A DNA stretch of 64,000 bases, from positions 14,136,001-14,200,000 of the forward strand of contig NC_042999.1 of NCBI RefSeq assembly GCF_006345805.1, written 5' to 3'. The stretch comes from Octopus sinensis. Its lineage: Eukaryota. A program made the translations under genes and the position numbers. The notes under the pieces were generated by a model. It was not told the DNA's origin. It did no database searches and was given only the letters and a program-made list of their open reading frames with translations. Positions 12,280 through 24,990 of this stretch are shown here, in pieces; position 1 is the first letter of the stretch; every line of letters starts with the position of its first letter.

Positions 12280-13699
12280 TTGAACATAAGATGGTGATGG
12301 TGGTGTGGGCGTGTGTGTGTAGATGTGGAGGTTTTGTGCTTGAGAGGATAGCGAGGGTGATAATGATGATGATGGTGATTATGATGATTATGATGCTGAT
12401 GGTGGTAGTGGTGGTGGGGGTGGGGGTAATGATGATGATGATGATAATGGTAATGGCGATGTAGAGGTGGTGGTGGTGGTGGTGGTGGCAGTGGTAGCGG
12501 TGTTGGTGGTTGGGAGGTCGATAATGATGGCAAGCATGGTTTTGGTGGTAATGGTTGTGCTAGTGGTGGTGATGATGAAGAAGGTGATGATGATGATGAT
12601 GATGAAGATGATGATGGTTGCAATATGGTAGTGGTGGTGGTTGTGAGGGCGATGGTAATGATGATGGTGGTGTTGGCAGTAATGGTGGTGGTGATGATGA
12701 TGATGACGACAATGACAATGATGACAAAGGTGGCAGTGATGGTGATGGTCTGCCACTGCTGCTGCTGATGATGACAGTGATGATGATAATGATGAGCATA
12801 ATGATGATGATAATGATGCTACTGACTAAGAGAAAGAGTAGGTGGAAGAAGAGGAGGAGGGGAGGAAGAAGTGGAGGAAGAGAGAAAAATGAGGAAGAAG
12901 AGGAGGAGAAATAAGAGGAAAGGAAGAAGTGGAGGAGAAGAGGAAGAAAAAGAAAGGAAAAAGAAGAAAGGAAGAGGAAGAAAAGGAAAGGAAAAAGAAG
13001 AGGAGAGGAAGAGGAAGAAGAAGGGGAAAGGAAGAAGTGGAGGAGAAGAGGAAGAAAAAGAAAGGAAAAAGAAGAAAGGAAGAGGAAGAAAAGGAAAGGA
13101 AAAAGAAGAGGAGAGGAAGAGGAAGAAGAAGGGGAAAGGAAGAAGTGGAAGAAGAGGAGCAGGAATAAGAGGAAAGGAAGATAGGAAGAAGAAGAAGAAG
13201 AAGAAGAAGGGGAGGAAGAAGAAGAGGAAGAATGAGGAAGAAGGAGGAGCCAGGAGGAGGAGGTGGAGTGGAGGATGATTACAATGGTGGCTGGAGCAAT
13301 AATGACAATGATGGAAATTGTAGTGGCAGTGTAATTGGTAATAATAGTGGTAATTGTGGCAGTAGGAGTGGTGGGGAGGTGTATGGGTTGGTGGGGTTAG
13401 AGTGTAGTGGTGGTGTGGTGGTGGTGGTGGTGGTTGCGATGAGGATGAAAAGAATTAGAACGATGGCAATGGTGATGATGGTGACAACAATGATGATGAC
13501 AATGATGATGATGATGATGAGGAGGAGGAGGGGGAGGATGAGGATGATGACTGTGACAATGGTGATAACAACCATGGTGATGTCAACGTCAGTGATGAAA
13601 CTCTACTGCGACTGCAGCTGCTGCAGCTAGTGATAATCATGATGATGCTGATGATGATGGTGGTAGTGGTGGTGGTGGTAATGCTGGTGGTGGTGGTGG

Positions 13700-13737
<38 letters not shown>

Positions 13738-14020
13738 GTGTTGGTTGTAATGCTGGTGATGATGAAAATGATGATGATGATGGTGGTGGTGGTGGTGGTG
13801 GTGGTAGTAATGGTGGGGTGAGGGTAATGATGATGATGATGACGCTGGTGGTGGTGGTGGTGGTGGTGGTGTGGTGGTGGATGTGGTGGTGGTGGTGGTG
13901 GTAATGCTGGTAATGATGATGATGATGATGATGATAATGATGACTGTGGTGGTAGTGGTGGTGGGGTGGGGGTAATGATGATGGTGATGGTGATGATGAT
14001 GATGAAAATAATGATGATAA
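12280..14020. repeat. Compound (GAT)/(GGT)/(GAA,GAG) microsatellite field
   Basis: Continuous trinucleotide repeats; nearly purine-only tract at about 12840-13260. Confidence 0.95.
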
Positions 14021-14075
14021 GTGTATATGTCAGTACAGAATTACAGGGTTTGGTAAACTTATATCAATGGTATAC

Positions 14076-14174
14076 CTCATTTCCATCTCAGTTCCAGGTG
14101 TCAGTGGAAGGAATCTGAGTAAAACAGGAAAGGAAATTGCAAACCATTTATTTCCGTCGATCCTAGCGCCACAT
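14076..14174 (-). CDS. Candidate 99-nt coding exon (CGARIDGNKWFAISFPVLLRFLPLTPGTEMEM)
   Basis: Acceptor cgcctgtttttag, donor gag|gtatac, single open frame, phase 2-2. No homolog recognised. Confidence 0.35.
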
Positions 14175-14722
14175 CTAAAAACAGGCGGTCGGTCATTATA
14201 AATGATCGCGTCTGTTTTTAAACTGCTACAAGCAGCCTCAAAGACTTTGTTGCCTTCATATTAATATTGATTTCTGTTTTCCTTACTTTTATAGAAATTC
14301 TTGGATCTGTCAAGAAAGAGAAAATGAGATTCTGTGATACTCATTCGTTTCCTTATCTTGATATTTAACAAAAGATAAAGCAGTGAGTGATGTAGTAGAA
14401 TCACCAGCATTTTGTCCATCTTCATGTTCTGAGTTCAAATTCTGCCAAGGTCCACTTAGCCTTTCTCTCTTTGGGGTTGATAAAATAAGTACCATTGTTC
14501 TATATTTTAGAGATGAGGAATTCTGTACATCATTCACATTGGAAGGAATATGTGTCCTCATCTTGTTTGTTGTTACCACAACGTTTCAACTGATTTACTT
14601 TCCAGCCTTCATCAGGTGTCCTGGTAGCATTTTGAACCCAACCCTGGGTTCTCATTCCTAAGGTATATTTTTGCTGATGTTGTTATCATCCTTATTATTA
14701 TTATTATCATTATTATTATTAT

Positions 14723-14853
14723 TCTTCAGTAGTATATTTTTTATATCGTGCTTTCACTTCACTACCGAGCACAGCTCTGTGTGCCTTGGGTATGTACTGT
14801 GATTTGTTGTGATGATCTGATGGTTATTGTATGGAAAGTGTTCTGCGTAGGAT
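14723..14853 (-). mobile_element. 3' end of a Dong/R4-like RLE LINE within (ATT)n
   Basis: Reverse complement matches 26580-26705 (ILRRTLSIQ plus 3'UTR); (ATT)n on both sides. Confidence 0.8.
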
Positions 14854-14899
14854 ATTTTATTATTATTATATTATTATTATTATTATTATTATCATTCTT

Positions 14900-14975
<76 letters not shown>

Positions 14976-15240
14976 CTATTATTATCATTCTTCTTCTTCT
15001 TTTTCATCTTCTTCTTCTTCTTCTTCTTCTTCTTTTATTATTATTATTACTATTATTATCATTCTTCTTCTTCTTCTTCTTCTTCTTCTTCCTATTATTA
15101 TTATATTATTATTATTATTATTATTATATTATTATTATTATTATTATTTATTCAAGGCACTGTCTGGAATTGAACTTGCAATCTTTGGGTTAGTAGCCAC
15201 TACCACTATCATCTATAAACACACAACACACACACACACA

Positions 15241-15271
<31 letters not shown>

Positions 15272-15949
15272 CATGTCCACACATATACTTGCACAAACAC
15301 ATGCATACACACTATACATACACACACATAACCAGTTTCCCTATCGCTTCCATTTAGTACCCACAGGAACTGGTCAACCCAAATCTATAACAGAAGAGAC
15401 TTGCCCTGGGTATGCATGGTGGTGTGGGATTGAACCTGCATCATGTTGTTGAGAAATGAACTTGGAAAACCACACAACCATACTGGCACCCAACACTACA
15501 GAAATTAGGAAAAGCTATTGTGAGACATTGCTTTCTTTCTTCTAATCAACAAACAATGTAAGTCAATTCATTCTTTTTCCAGTCAATTCTGAAAGGATAA
15601 TGATAGGATTGGAAGTAGAAAGTAAAGTCTGCTGCCGTTTGGTCCAGTTGTCCACTTTTATAAACTAATCTAGACTCTACATAATGGACATATCAGTTTT
15701 GCTTCACTGCTCACTGCTTAACACTTTGCCATTCAGATCACTCTGTCAAATGTAATGCTTATATTTATTACCTCCACCTTAGCAAATGTGGAGGTATTGT
15801 TTTCAGTTGTGTTTGTTTGTCTGTGGACAAGATATCTCAAGAACCACTGGATGGATTTGGATGGAATCTTTCAGGGATGTTTGGCCTCATGACTAAAACA
15901 AACTAATTAGATTTTGGAATCGAACCAGTACTAAACAAGGATTACTCTT

Positions 15950-16380
15950 TTACTCTTTTACTTGTTTCAGTCATTTGACTGTGGCCATGCTGGAGCACCA
16001 CCTTTAGTCGAGTAAATCAACCCCAGAATTTATTCTTTGTAAGCCTAGTACTTATTCTATTGGTCTCTTTTGCTGAACCGCTAAGTTATGGGGATGTAAA
16101 CACACCAGCATCGGTTGTCAAGCAATGTTGGGGGAACAAACACAGACACACACACACATACATATATATACATATATCACCGTGATCACCGTGACCGACC
16201 AGGCTATCAGATGTTGCTACACATTGCTGGTCACAATGCGCTTCGCATTGCTTTAGCCTTCAAATGACGCCACCCCGCTGGCTAAGTGAGCAGGGCATAT
16301 ACATATATATGTCTACCAAATCCATTCACAAGACTTTGGTCGGCTTGAGGCTATAGTAGAAGACACTTGCCCAAGGTGCC
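15950..16380 (-). mobile_element. tRNA-derived SINE family B with an unrelated ~110-bp insert in its internal (TA)n
   Basis: Family B halves flank the foreign segment 16186-16297. Confidence 0.8.
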
Positions 16381-17513
16381 ACATGATTAGAGAAATGAGG
16401 GAGAAAGAAAAGGAGAAAAGGAGAAATAGAGGGAGGGAGAAAAAGAGGGAGAGAGAAGCAGCCATGATGTAAGTTAGAGGGAATATAATTGTAATGCTTT
16501 CACATGATTAATTGAAGGGAAAGAGGAGAAAGTAAAAAAGGAGAGAGAAAAGAGAGTAAGGTGAAGAGTGAGACAGAAAGAGGGAGAAAAAAGAGAGAAA
16601 GAGAAGTGTTCATGATGTGAGGTAGGGGGAACGTAATATTTATTACGTGGTTAAAAAAGTTAGTTGAAGATAGCAGAGGAGAATTAAAAATATAATTTTA
16701 GCAGAGGGGTGATGTTCTGATGGTGAGGTTAAAAAAATGCACAGAGAGATGAGGAAGAGAAAAAAAGGTGAGGGAAAGAGAGATGATGATGGTGATGATG
16801 ATGATGGTGGTGGTGGTGGTGGTGGTAGTAATGGCAGTGGAGATGGAGGTAGTGGTGGTGGTAATTGGATAGTGAAACGTATTTTTAAAAAATTGAACTA
16901 AGTTTTTTTATCACTTATCACTTAACACATGCATATAAGTGCAATTTCATGAAACATTCACACTTATGTGGCAGATATATATATATCAACAGGATATTTT
17001 TGTATGTATGTATGTATGTACGTGTGTATGTACAGGACATTTCTTTTTTTGTTTATGAGAAAATTGGTAAAATAGGAGTGAATATCTATTCTATGAGTGC
17101 TGTAAAATTGTCTATAAAATTGTGTGTAAAGTATATAAAGTGCATTAAGTAATCATCATATTCCAGTTTCTTTCACGTTTCAATGAATAGCAGATGAGCA
17201 ACTATCTTTACATACAGGCATAACACAAGCTACATTTTCAGGTTTTTTTAATAAAGATTTCAGAAATAACCCAACAGGTTTCCCATTAATTCTGGGAAAT
17301 ATTCATGGTTCCTGCAAGTATATAATAATGACAAACTTATTTTCATAAATTCTGCATTATTTTCAAAGTTAATTGAAACAGATACAGTTTATTTTGACAG
17401 AAATATGAATGTGATTGCAGAAAGGTTAAAGCAGTGAGCCACTTCCTTCTGTGAATCTTATTTAAAGTTTAAAGGGCAGAGTTACTGAGAGTTAGTGTCT
17501 TGTTATTATAGAT

Positions 17514-17799
17514 CAGTGGTTCCCAAACTTTCTCAGGCTGCCATCCCCTTGACACCCACTCCAACTAACCATCACAAACATAGACCTTTTTCTGAAGCAA
17601 ATTCAAAGCAATTGTTTTCCACAAATAAAACTTAACCTAAGGAACCCATTATTTTGTTGTTTTTACATCAATTGCTACTCCATTATCGCCCCACTTTTTA
17701 CATGAATTGTTATCCCATTATCACCCCACTTTTTCAATGCCCCCTTGGAACTTTCCACTACTTCAAGAAGGGCAATACTGCCCACTTTGGGAACCACTG
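17514..17799. mobile_element. hAT (Buster/Charlie-type) MITE, 286 bp
   Basis: 14-bp TIR CAGTGGTTCCCAAA; perfect 8-bp TSD ttatagat (17506-17513 and 17800-17807) fitting NNNTANNN. Confidence 0.92.
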
Positions 17800-17864
17800 T
17801 TATAGATGCACCACCCACCTCACTATTACTCCCTCTTACCTGATGAGGAGGTTTTTGTCTTGCT

Positions 17865-18115
17865 CATCATCATCATCATTGTTCGACCGTGGTCGAGACA
17901 ATACAATTTACCATGCTACGTCAGACTTCACGGTCCATCATGGCATTACGGAGGTCCTGTTGCTGGATGCCTGTATCCCTGGAGATTACATCAGGGTAGG
18001 AGAATGTGCGCCCTCTGGTATTGCGAGTAGATGGCTTCCAGAGGAGAAGAGTAGAAATTACCTCTTTTTCAGCTCTACAACAATGTCCAGCAAACTGGAC
18101 TCTCTTACCTTTCAC
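17865..18115 (-). mobile_element. 5'-truncated RTE-group LINE, second family
   Basis: RVQFAGHCCRA...LLLWKP...TFSYPDVISRDTG...AMMDREV, followed by a (GAT)n tail. Confidence 0.7.
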
Positions 18116-18794
18116 AAGAGATGACACAGGTCTTGCTAGTGTCACATAAAAAGCACCCAGTATACTCTATAAAGTGATTGGTATTAGGAAGGCCAACCAA
18201 ACTATAGAAACCATGTTAAGACAGACAATGGGGCCTGGTCTAGCACCCAGCCTAACCTACTCCTGTCAAACCATCCAACCCATACCAGCATGGAAAACAG
18301 ATGTTAAATGATATGGGTGCTGATGTGGCCCCAAAACAGCAATATATGAACCAATGAAACCCTTCTGTTATATTTCTATTGAAATACACTGCCTTTGCTT
18401 TAATTAATTCTGGAAATAATGAAAAATTTGAAAAATGATTTTGTCATTATTAAACTGGTGTTTTAAGCAGAATTCATCCTGAAATTTTGATGGAGTGTTT
18501 TCATTTTTTATTCAGATCTCTTTAAAACAGTAGGTTTATATTACAGAACCAGAATAGTATGGTTGTTTCATGTTATGCTAAGAAACTGTGCATGATGCTA
18601 GAATTTTTGGCTCCAAATTGTTATTATTAAACTAATACAAGTCAATGGTAGTACAAACAAACTGGAAGTGATTCCATTTATGTTGATACTTTAACAACGG
18701 TTTGGAGCAGTTTCTTATATTTGACTCGAATCAAAACTTCTGGTACTGTGAACTGCTTCTTTAGCATAATACAATATATATATATATATATATA

Positions 18795-18998
18795 GTTAAT
18801 CCAAACAAGAAAACACAAAAAAACACAACAACGCGAGGACGTGGAACAAATATAGTATTATTGGATGCTCAGGAAAGAAGGGAAGAAGGAGGGTTTTACG
18901 TTTTGAGCGGAGTTCTTCGTTGGAAACATAGGAGAAGGTAAGATCCCGAGAAGGGAAGACAGAGGAAAAAAAATCGCCAACGGTACACACAAGGTCAC
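18795..18998 (-). mobile_element. Penelope-type pseudo-LTR fragment with a decayed hammerhead motif, inserted in (TA)n
   Basis: Minus strand reads gtttcCAACGAagaactccgctcAAAACgtaaaac; (TA)n on both sides. Confidence 0.5.
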
Positions 18999-19465
18999 AT
19001 ATATATATATATACACACACACACACTCACAAATGGAACAAAAGCGCAATAGAGGGCATTAAAACATTTGGACAGATAGATGACACAAAGGCAGACAAGA
19101 GAAACAACAATTAGAAGGATAGCCCCCTCCCCCCCCCCAAAAAAAAGGACAGCTCATTCTTGGCTTTCTTTCATCAGTCAAGTACTAGAAATCACGACCA
19201 TTTCAGACAGTTACACTTGAGATGGTTCGATCTGGTTGCCCCCCAAAAAGTCTAAGCTAAGAGCATTTGACCCCTTTGTAAGAAAGATAGCGAATTTGTA
19301 TGGCAGCAAAAATGAAAAAAAAACAAACAAAAAAAAACAGTCAATCAAAAAATGGAGAATATGGTACACAATTACAAATACAACAAGAAATAACAACAGG
19401 CATCTTTCGACTGAAAACAATTCAAATTGAGCTGGTGTGTATGAAGTTAAAATCTAAAGGCAGGA

Positions 19466-19507
<42 letters not shown>

Positions 19508-19821
19508 ACACACTCACACACTAACACATACATATGTATCTAAATGTCAAACAATGAGAATAAGTGCTCAACACTGTGTTGGTGGATAAAGATACTTTAT
19601 GTATTAAGGCAACCAACTTGGTTTCATGTTAGATGCAAAAAACAGAAGGGTGATTTTGTAAACTGAATAGGCAATGTAATCAGGGCCTGAAGATTGTTTG
19701 GAGATACAAAGCATTTTATAAAAACCTGCCTAGACTCACATCTCCAGTGCATGAATCTCTTAGTAGCTCATAGCTTTATACTGTGTACATTAAATGATAT
19801 ATATGTATGTGTGTGTGTGTG

Positions 19822-20338
19822 CATACATACATGGTGGCTGCCCCCTCGTTATCGAGTATGGCCATTGCACGAAGCTTAATCAATGTTGTTATCGTGCAAT
19901 GCCTGTGCAAGAAGATCTTTTTTAAAGTGAGGAAAGGCTGTGCACTGAGTCAATCCCACTCACTAAGCAACAGCAGCCATAATCCGAAATGAAGAACAGG
20001 TCAACATCATCGGTAACCACTGAGCCGCAGGTTTATGTCGGAGTTATCCCAGTTACCTGAGTTACCTTCTCCTAGAAGGATGCCCTAACAAAGGCTAGGA
20101 GTCCTTCACTCCCAATGGTTTAACCGCGCGATCGGGTATTCAGTCCGATTATTTCTATGTCCCCGCACATGATACAGCCTTAAGACATTTATTGGATGGC
20201 CGTTGACTCTCAAGAGTTCCTCCGCCCTTTGACGGGTTTTGTTTTTCATCACACAGGGTGTCCAATAAACGATCCGACCATGCAACAGGTTGTACTGGGT
20301 TACATGTTACCAGTAGCACTCGAAAGTGACCTGACACA
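19822..20338 (-). mobile_element. RTE-derived element with a 5'UTR-like segment, inserted in (TATG)n
   Basis: Minus strand contains ccttctaggagaaggtaactc, similar to the RTE 5'UTR motif; CpG-rich; (TATG)n on both sides. Confidence 0.45.
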
Positions 20339-21234
20339 ACATACATACATACATACATACATACATACATACATACATACATACATGAATACATACATAC
20401 ATACAAACATGCATAGATACGACCAGCTAATTTGTATATTACAAGTACAATCTGTTAGTGGAACAGTAAAAATATACAAGAATTTTTCTCAAGTTCTGAA
20501 TGTGAATTCGTCTGTGTTAACTACATCCCAAAGATGGAGCCTTGTATCTTTGTGGGAAACTGGCTCCCTTCTCAGTGGGAGATTTATAATAATTTAAAAA
20601 GTAGAAGGGATATACATATATACGTGTGTGTGTGTGTGTGTGTTATGCTAAAAACCATAATGGAAGAGTAAACAATATATTCGCACACACACACACACAC
20701 ACACACATACACACATATATAACTTATAAATGAAAGATATAGCATGCCATGTTAACCCTTAATCCTTGCTTTTAATTAAACCATGGAACATCCATAGGGT
20801 CAACCAGTTAAAATAATTAATTTAATTATTCCTATCACACTGGTTACCGTTAAAATCAAAACTGGTTCAAAAGACACATCTCTGGAGAAATTTATTTCAG
20901 TAAATAAGTTAAAAGCCTTGGCACCTGTCATGCCATTATAAAGATATAACTTGTTATATATTTTATCCGTTATATAAAGCAGTAGCTCCCTTTTTGGTTC
21001 CCCATCTTCTCTAGAGGTAATTACATGAAATAAAGAGAAGAATCTTTAGAATGAATGTTATTTTATCTGTTGAGATCTGAAAGCTATATTACAGAACAAC
21101 AACAGCAACAACAACTACAACAACAATGACAATAATAATGATAAGTATATTAATGGTTAATATTTTCAGGTACACAAATCTATGATTTAGGTTGTAAGCA
21201 TATGATAATTAAATAAGATGTTAACATGTTTTAG

Positions 21235-21320
21235 TCACCTTATATGGTCGGTTAAGAAAAGTGGTTTGAAAGGAATAGTGTTCTGCAGAGATCTTGTTGG
21301 TGAAAAGATAAAAGGAACTG
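21235..21320 (+). CDS. Candidate exon A of plus-strand gene (HLIWSVKKSGLKGIVFCRDLVGEKIKGT)
   Basis: ttttag acceptor, g|gtatta donor, only one open frame; phase joins exon B. Confidence 0.4.
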
Positions 21321-21404
21321 GTATTAAGGAATAAGCCTAGATGTGACTGTAATTTTCTTATTTTCTTATTTTTTCTTTCTTTTAATATTTATTACATAAT
21401 ATTT

Positions 21405-21910
21405 TTTTTTTGATTTATTTATTTATTTTCGTTGTTGTTGTTGTTGCTGTCTTTTTGTTGTTGGCAAGAATGATGAAAAGTGATTTAAATCTGATTCGTT
21501 GCTGTAATTATGTGTGTAGATGTGATGAAAGCAGCATTAAGACGTGAACTTGTAAGTTTCTCCAGAGTGCGATAACAGCCTCAATATATGAAGTTCATCA
21601 AGTACAAAGACATATTACTGTTAACAGAACATGTCTATATATTTATTTATAATTTTTTTGATTTTTTATTTATTTTCGTTGTTGTTGTTGTTGCTGTCTT
21701 TTTGTTGTTGGCAAGAATGATGAAAAGTGATTTAAATCTGATTCGTTGCTGTAATTATGTGTGTAGATGTGATGAAAGCAGCATTAAGACGTGAACTTGT
21801 AAGTTTCTCCAGAGTGCGATAACAGCCTCAATATATGAAGTTCATCAAGTACAAAGACATATTACTGTTAACAGAACATGTCTATATATTTATTTATAAT
21901 TTTTTTGATT
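21405..21910. repeat. Near-perfect tandem duplication, period 247 bp
   Basis: gacgtgaact at 21541 and 21788; the units appear identical. Confidence 0.92.
21520..21551 (+). CDS. Candidate exon B (DVMKAALRREL); identical second copy at 21767-21798
   Basis: gtgtag acceptor, ctt|gtaagt consensus donor; phase 1 in, phase 0 out. Confidence 0.45.
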
Positions 21911-22261
21911 TTTAGCTTTAAATTTTACTACCTCACAGTCAATCTTAGCAACAACAACAACAACAACAAAAAAAAGAAAATGATAAAAGAAGAAGCTGCT
22001 GATAAGATATACAATAAGATGTGCAACATTGATATCTTTATAATGGTATGACAGGTGCCAACAGCTTTAACTTATCTACAGAACTAAATTCCTCCTGAGA
22101 TGAACATGTCTTTAGAATCAGGTAAGAATTTAAAAGAAACAATTGTGACAAGAATTGCTCAATAATTCCTTGGCTGAGTGGTTAACAAGTTTGCTTTGTA
22201 AACATGCGGTTTTAGGTTCAGTTCTATCCACTGTGTGGTACTTTGGACAAATCTTTTACAG

Positions 22262-22640
22262 TAGGCACAGGAGTGGCTGTGTGGTAAGTAGCTTGCTTAC
22301 CAACCACATGGTTCCGGGTTCAGTCCTACTGCGTGACACCAAAGGCAAAGTGTCTTCTACTATAGCCTCGGGCCGACCAAAGCCTTGTGAGTGAATTTGG
22401 TAGACAGAAACTGAAAGAAGCCCATCGTATATATGTATGTGTGTGTCTGTGTTTGTCCTCCCAACATCGCTTGACAACCGATGCTGGTGTGTTTATGTCC
22501 CCATAACTTAGCGGTTCGGCAAAAGAGACCGATAGAATAAGTACTAGGCTTACAAAGAATAAGTCCTGGGGTCGAGGTGCTCGACTAAAGGCAGTGCTCC
22601 AGCATGGCCGCAGTCAAATGACTGAAACAAGTAAAAGAGT
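22262..22640 (+). mobile_element. tRNA-derived SINE family B, full length
   Basis: A-box tggctgtgtgg, B-box ggttcagtcc, internal (TA/TG)n, tail gaaacaagtaaaagagta. Other copies at about 11268, 28335, 32100, 34742, 36560(-), 43650, 49185(-), 57965(-). Confidence 0.9.
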
Positions 22641-23125
22641 AGCCCTGGACTGACCAATGCCTTGTGAGTGAATTTGGTGGTCATTGTCTACACATGCAAC
22701 GTTCTAAATTTAGGAGCAACTTGAAGAGAATATGTGACTAGCCCCCATGTAGCCTAGTGGTTAGGATGTTGTAATTAGGATCACCAGATCATGGTTTCGA
22801 TTCCTAGACTGGGTGGTGTGTTGTGTTCTTGAGCAAAATGCTTCATTTCATGAAGCTCAAGTGCTGTGTGGGGACAGGTCTGCTGAAGAAACAAGACCAA
22901 AGTTTCTTCTTTTATGTTGTAAAAGGTAGCTAAAAGCAAAAACTGTTGAGTTAGGATGCGTACTCCAACCTCATAAAAAAACCTCACCAGCAACAGCTAC
23001 CCAAACCGACCCTTGGGTTGGGGGATTGTAATCTGAGTGGTGCAAATGCATCGTCCTCTAGGAGTAAGGAGGGAATCACCAACAAATGGTGAACGTAAAT
23101 GCTTTACCTACTACTACTACTACCT

Positions 23126-23355
23126 ATTTCTTTACTACCCACAAGGGGCTAAACACAGAGGGGACAAACAAGGACAGACACATGGATTAAGTCGATTACA
23201 TCGATCCCAGTGCGTAACTGGTACTTAATTTATCGACCCCGAAAGGATGAAAGGCAAAGTTGACCTCGGCGGAATTTGAACTCACAACTTAACGCAGACG
23301 AAATACCGCAAAGCATATCGCCCGGCATGCTAACGTTTCTGCCAGCTCGCTGCCT
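23126..23355 (-). mobile_element. SINE family A1
   Basis: Near-consensus; forms an inverted pair with 23497-23730. Confidence 0.9.
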
Positions 23356-23496
23356 TACTACTACCACTACTACCACCACCACTGCCACCACCGCTGCAAC
23401 CACCACCACCACCACCACCACCACTACTACTACGATGATGATGGTGGTGATGGTGGTGCTAATGATGATGATGTCGATCATGGTGGTGGTAGTAAA

Positions 23497-23730
23497 AGGC
23501 GGCGAGCTGGCAGAAACGTTAGCACGCCGGGAGAAATGCTTAGCAGTATTTCGTCTGCCGCTATGTTCTGAGTTCAAATTCCACCGAGGTCGACTTTGCC
23601 TTTCATCCTTTTGGGGTCGATTAAATAAGTACTAGTTACGCACTGGAGTCGATGTAATCGACTTAATCTGTTTGTCTGTCCTTGTTTGTCCCCTCTGTGT
23701 TTAGCCCCTTGTGGGTAGTAAAGAAATAAG
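23497..23730 (+). mobile_element. SINE family A1
   Basis: Near-consensus with CpGs intact. Confidence 0.9.
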
Positions 23731-24127
23731 TAGTAGTGTTGATGATGGTGATGGTGGTGATGATGGTGACATGACAATGACAACGATTATGATATTGATG
23801 ATGATGACAACTGAGTTACAACTAATGGACATTCTGAGTTCAATTCCTGCCTCAGCCAATTTCATCCTTCAGTCACCCTTCTGGGGTAAGTCAACAAAAG
23901 ATACCAAAACAAGAACAAGGACTAACTCACACACCTGTACACCTGCCCCACCACCCATCACCGAACGTAATAATCTCACTGTAACAGTTAGAAATTAATT
24001 ACACTGATTATTTAAAGTATCTTCTTTCTTTCATTAACTTTAACGAGCACTCCTCCCTACTGACATAAAATTCCCTACAGTAGACCATGGGTATTAAAAC
24101 AGCCAGCTGCAGTGGAACTGTGTGGGT

Positions 24128-24172
<45 letters not shown>

Positions 24173-24349
24173 GAAGGGGTTGAGAGGGAGGGAGAGGCTG
24201 AAGGAGAGAAAGAGGGTGAACTTGAACATCGTTTAATGAAATGAACAGCATATGTTTTAAGTGACAGCATGGTGTGTTTATAAATAGCTTGGTAACCCAT
24301 GAAATAGATAGAAATAAAAAGTAGGAATGTATTAGTATTCCATTCTGAA

Positions 24350-24457
24350 CAGACATACATACAGTGAGACAGACAGGTTCACATACACACACACACACAC
24401 ACACATATGTGTGCGAGTGTGTGTGTGTGTGAGTGTATATATATATATATATATATA

Positions 24458-24527
<70 letters not shown>

Positions 24528-24990
24528 TATATATGTATATATATATATATAATTATACATTTGTATATATGTTTATAAGATATATATTGGCACATACACA
24601 CATACATACATTAAACACACATATATATGCACAAACACAGATATATATGTAGTGATATATATATGTGTATATATATAAAGGTATGCATGTATACATACAC
24701 ACACACACGCACACATACAAACACATATATGTGCAAACACACATATACTTAAAATATATATATAGACACACACAGAGACAAGCACATATACATACAAGTA
24801 CATATACATGTACAAACACACAGATATATATGTAGTTATATATATATATATATAAATATGCAGGTATACACACACACACACACAAACACATATATATGTA
24901 CAAAGACACAGATATATATATGTAGTTATATATATATATATATATATATATAGGTATGCATTTACACACACACACACACACACACACCTA
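24350..24990. repeat. Compound (TA)/(CA) microsatellite with a thrice-repeated subunit
   Basis: acacagatatatatgtagt recurs at about 24636, 24818 and 24906. Confidence 0.9.
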
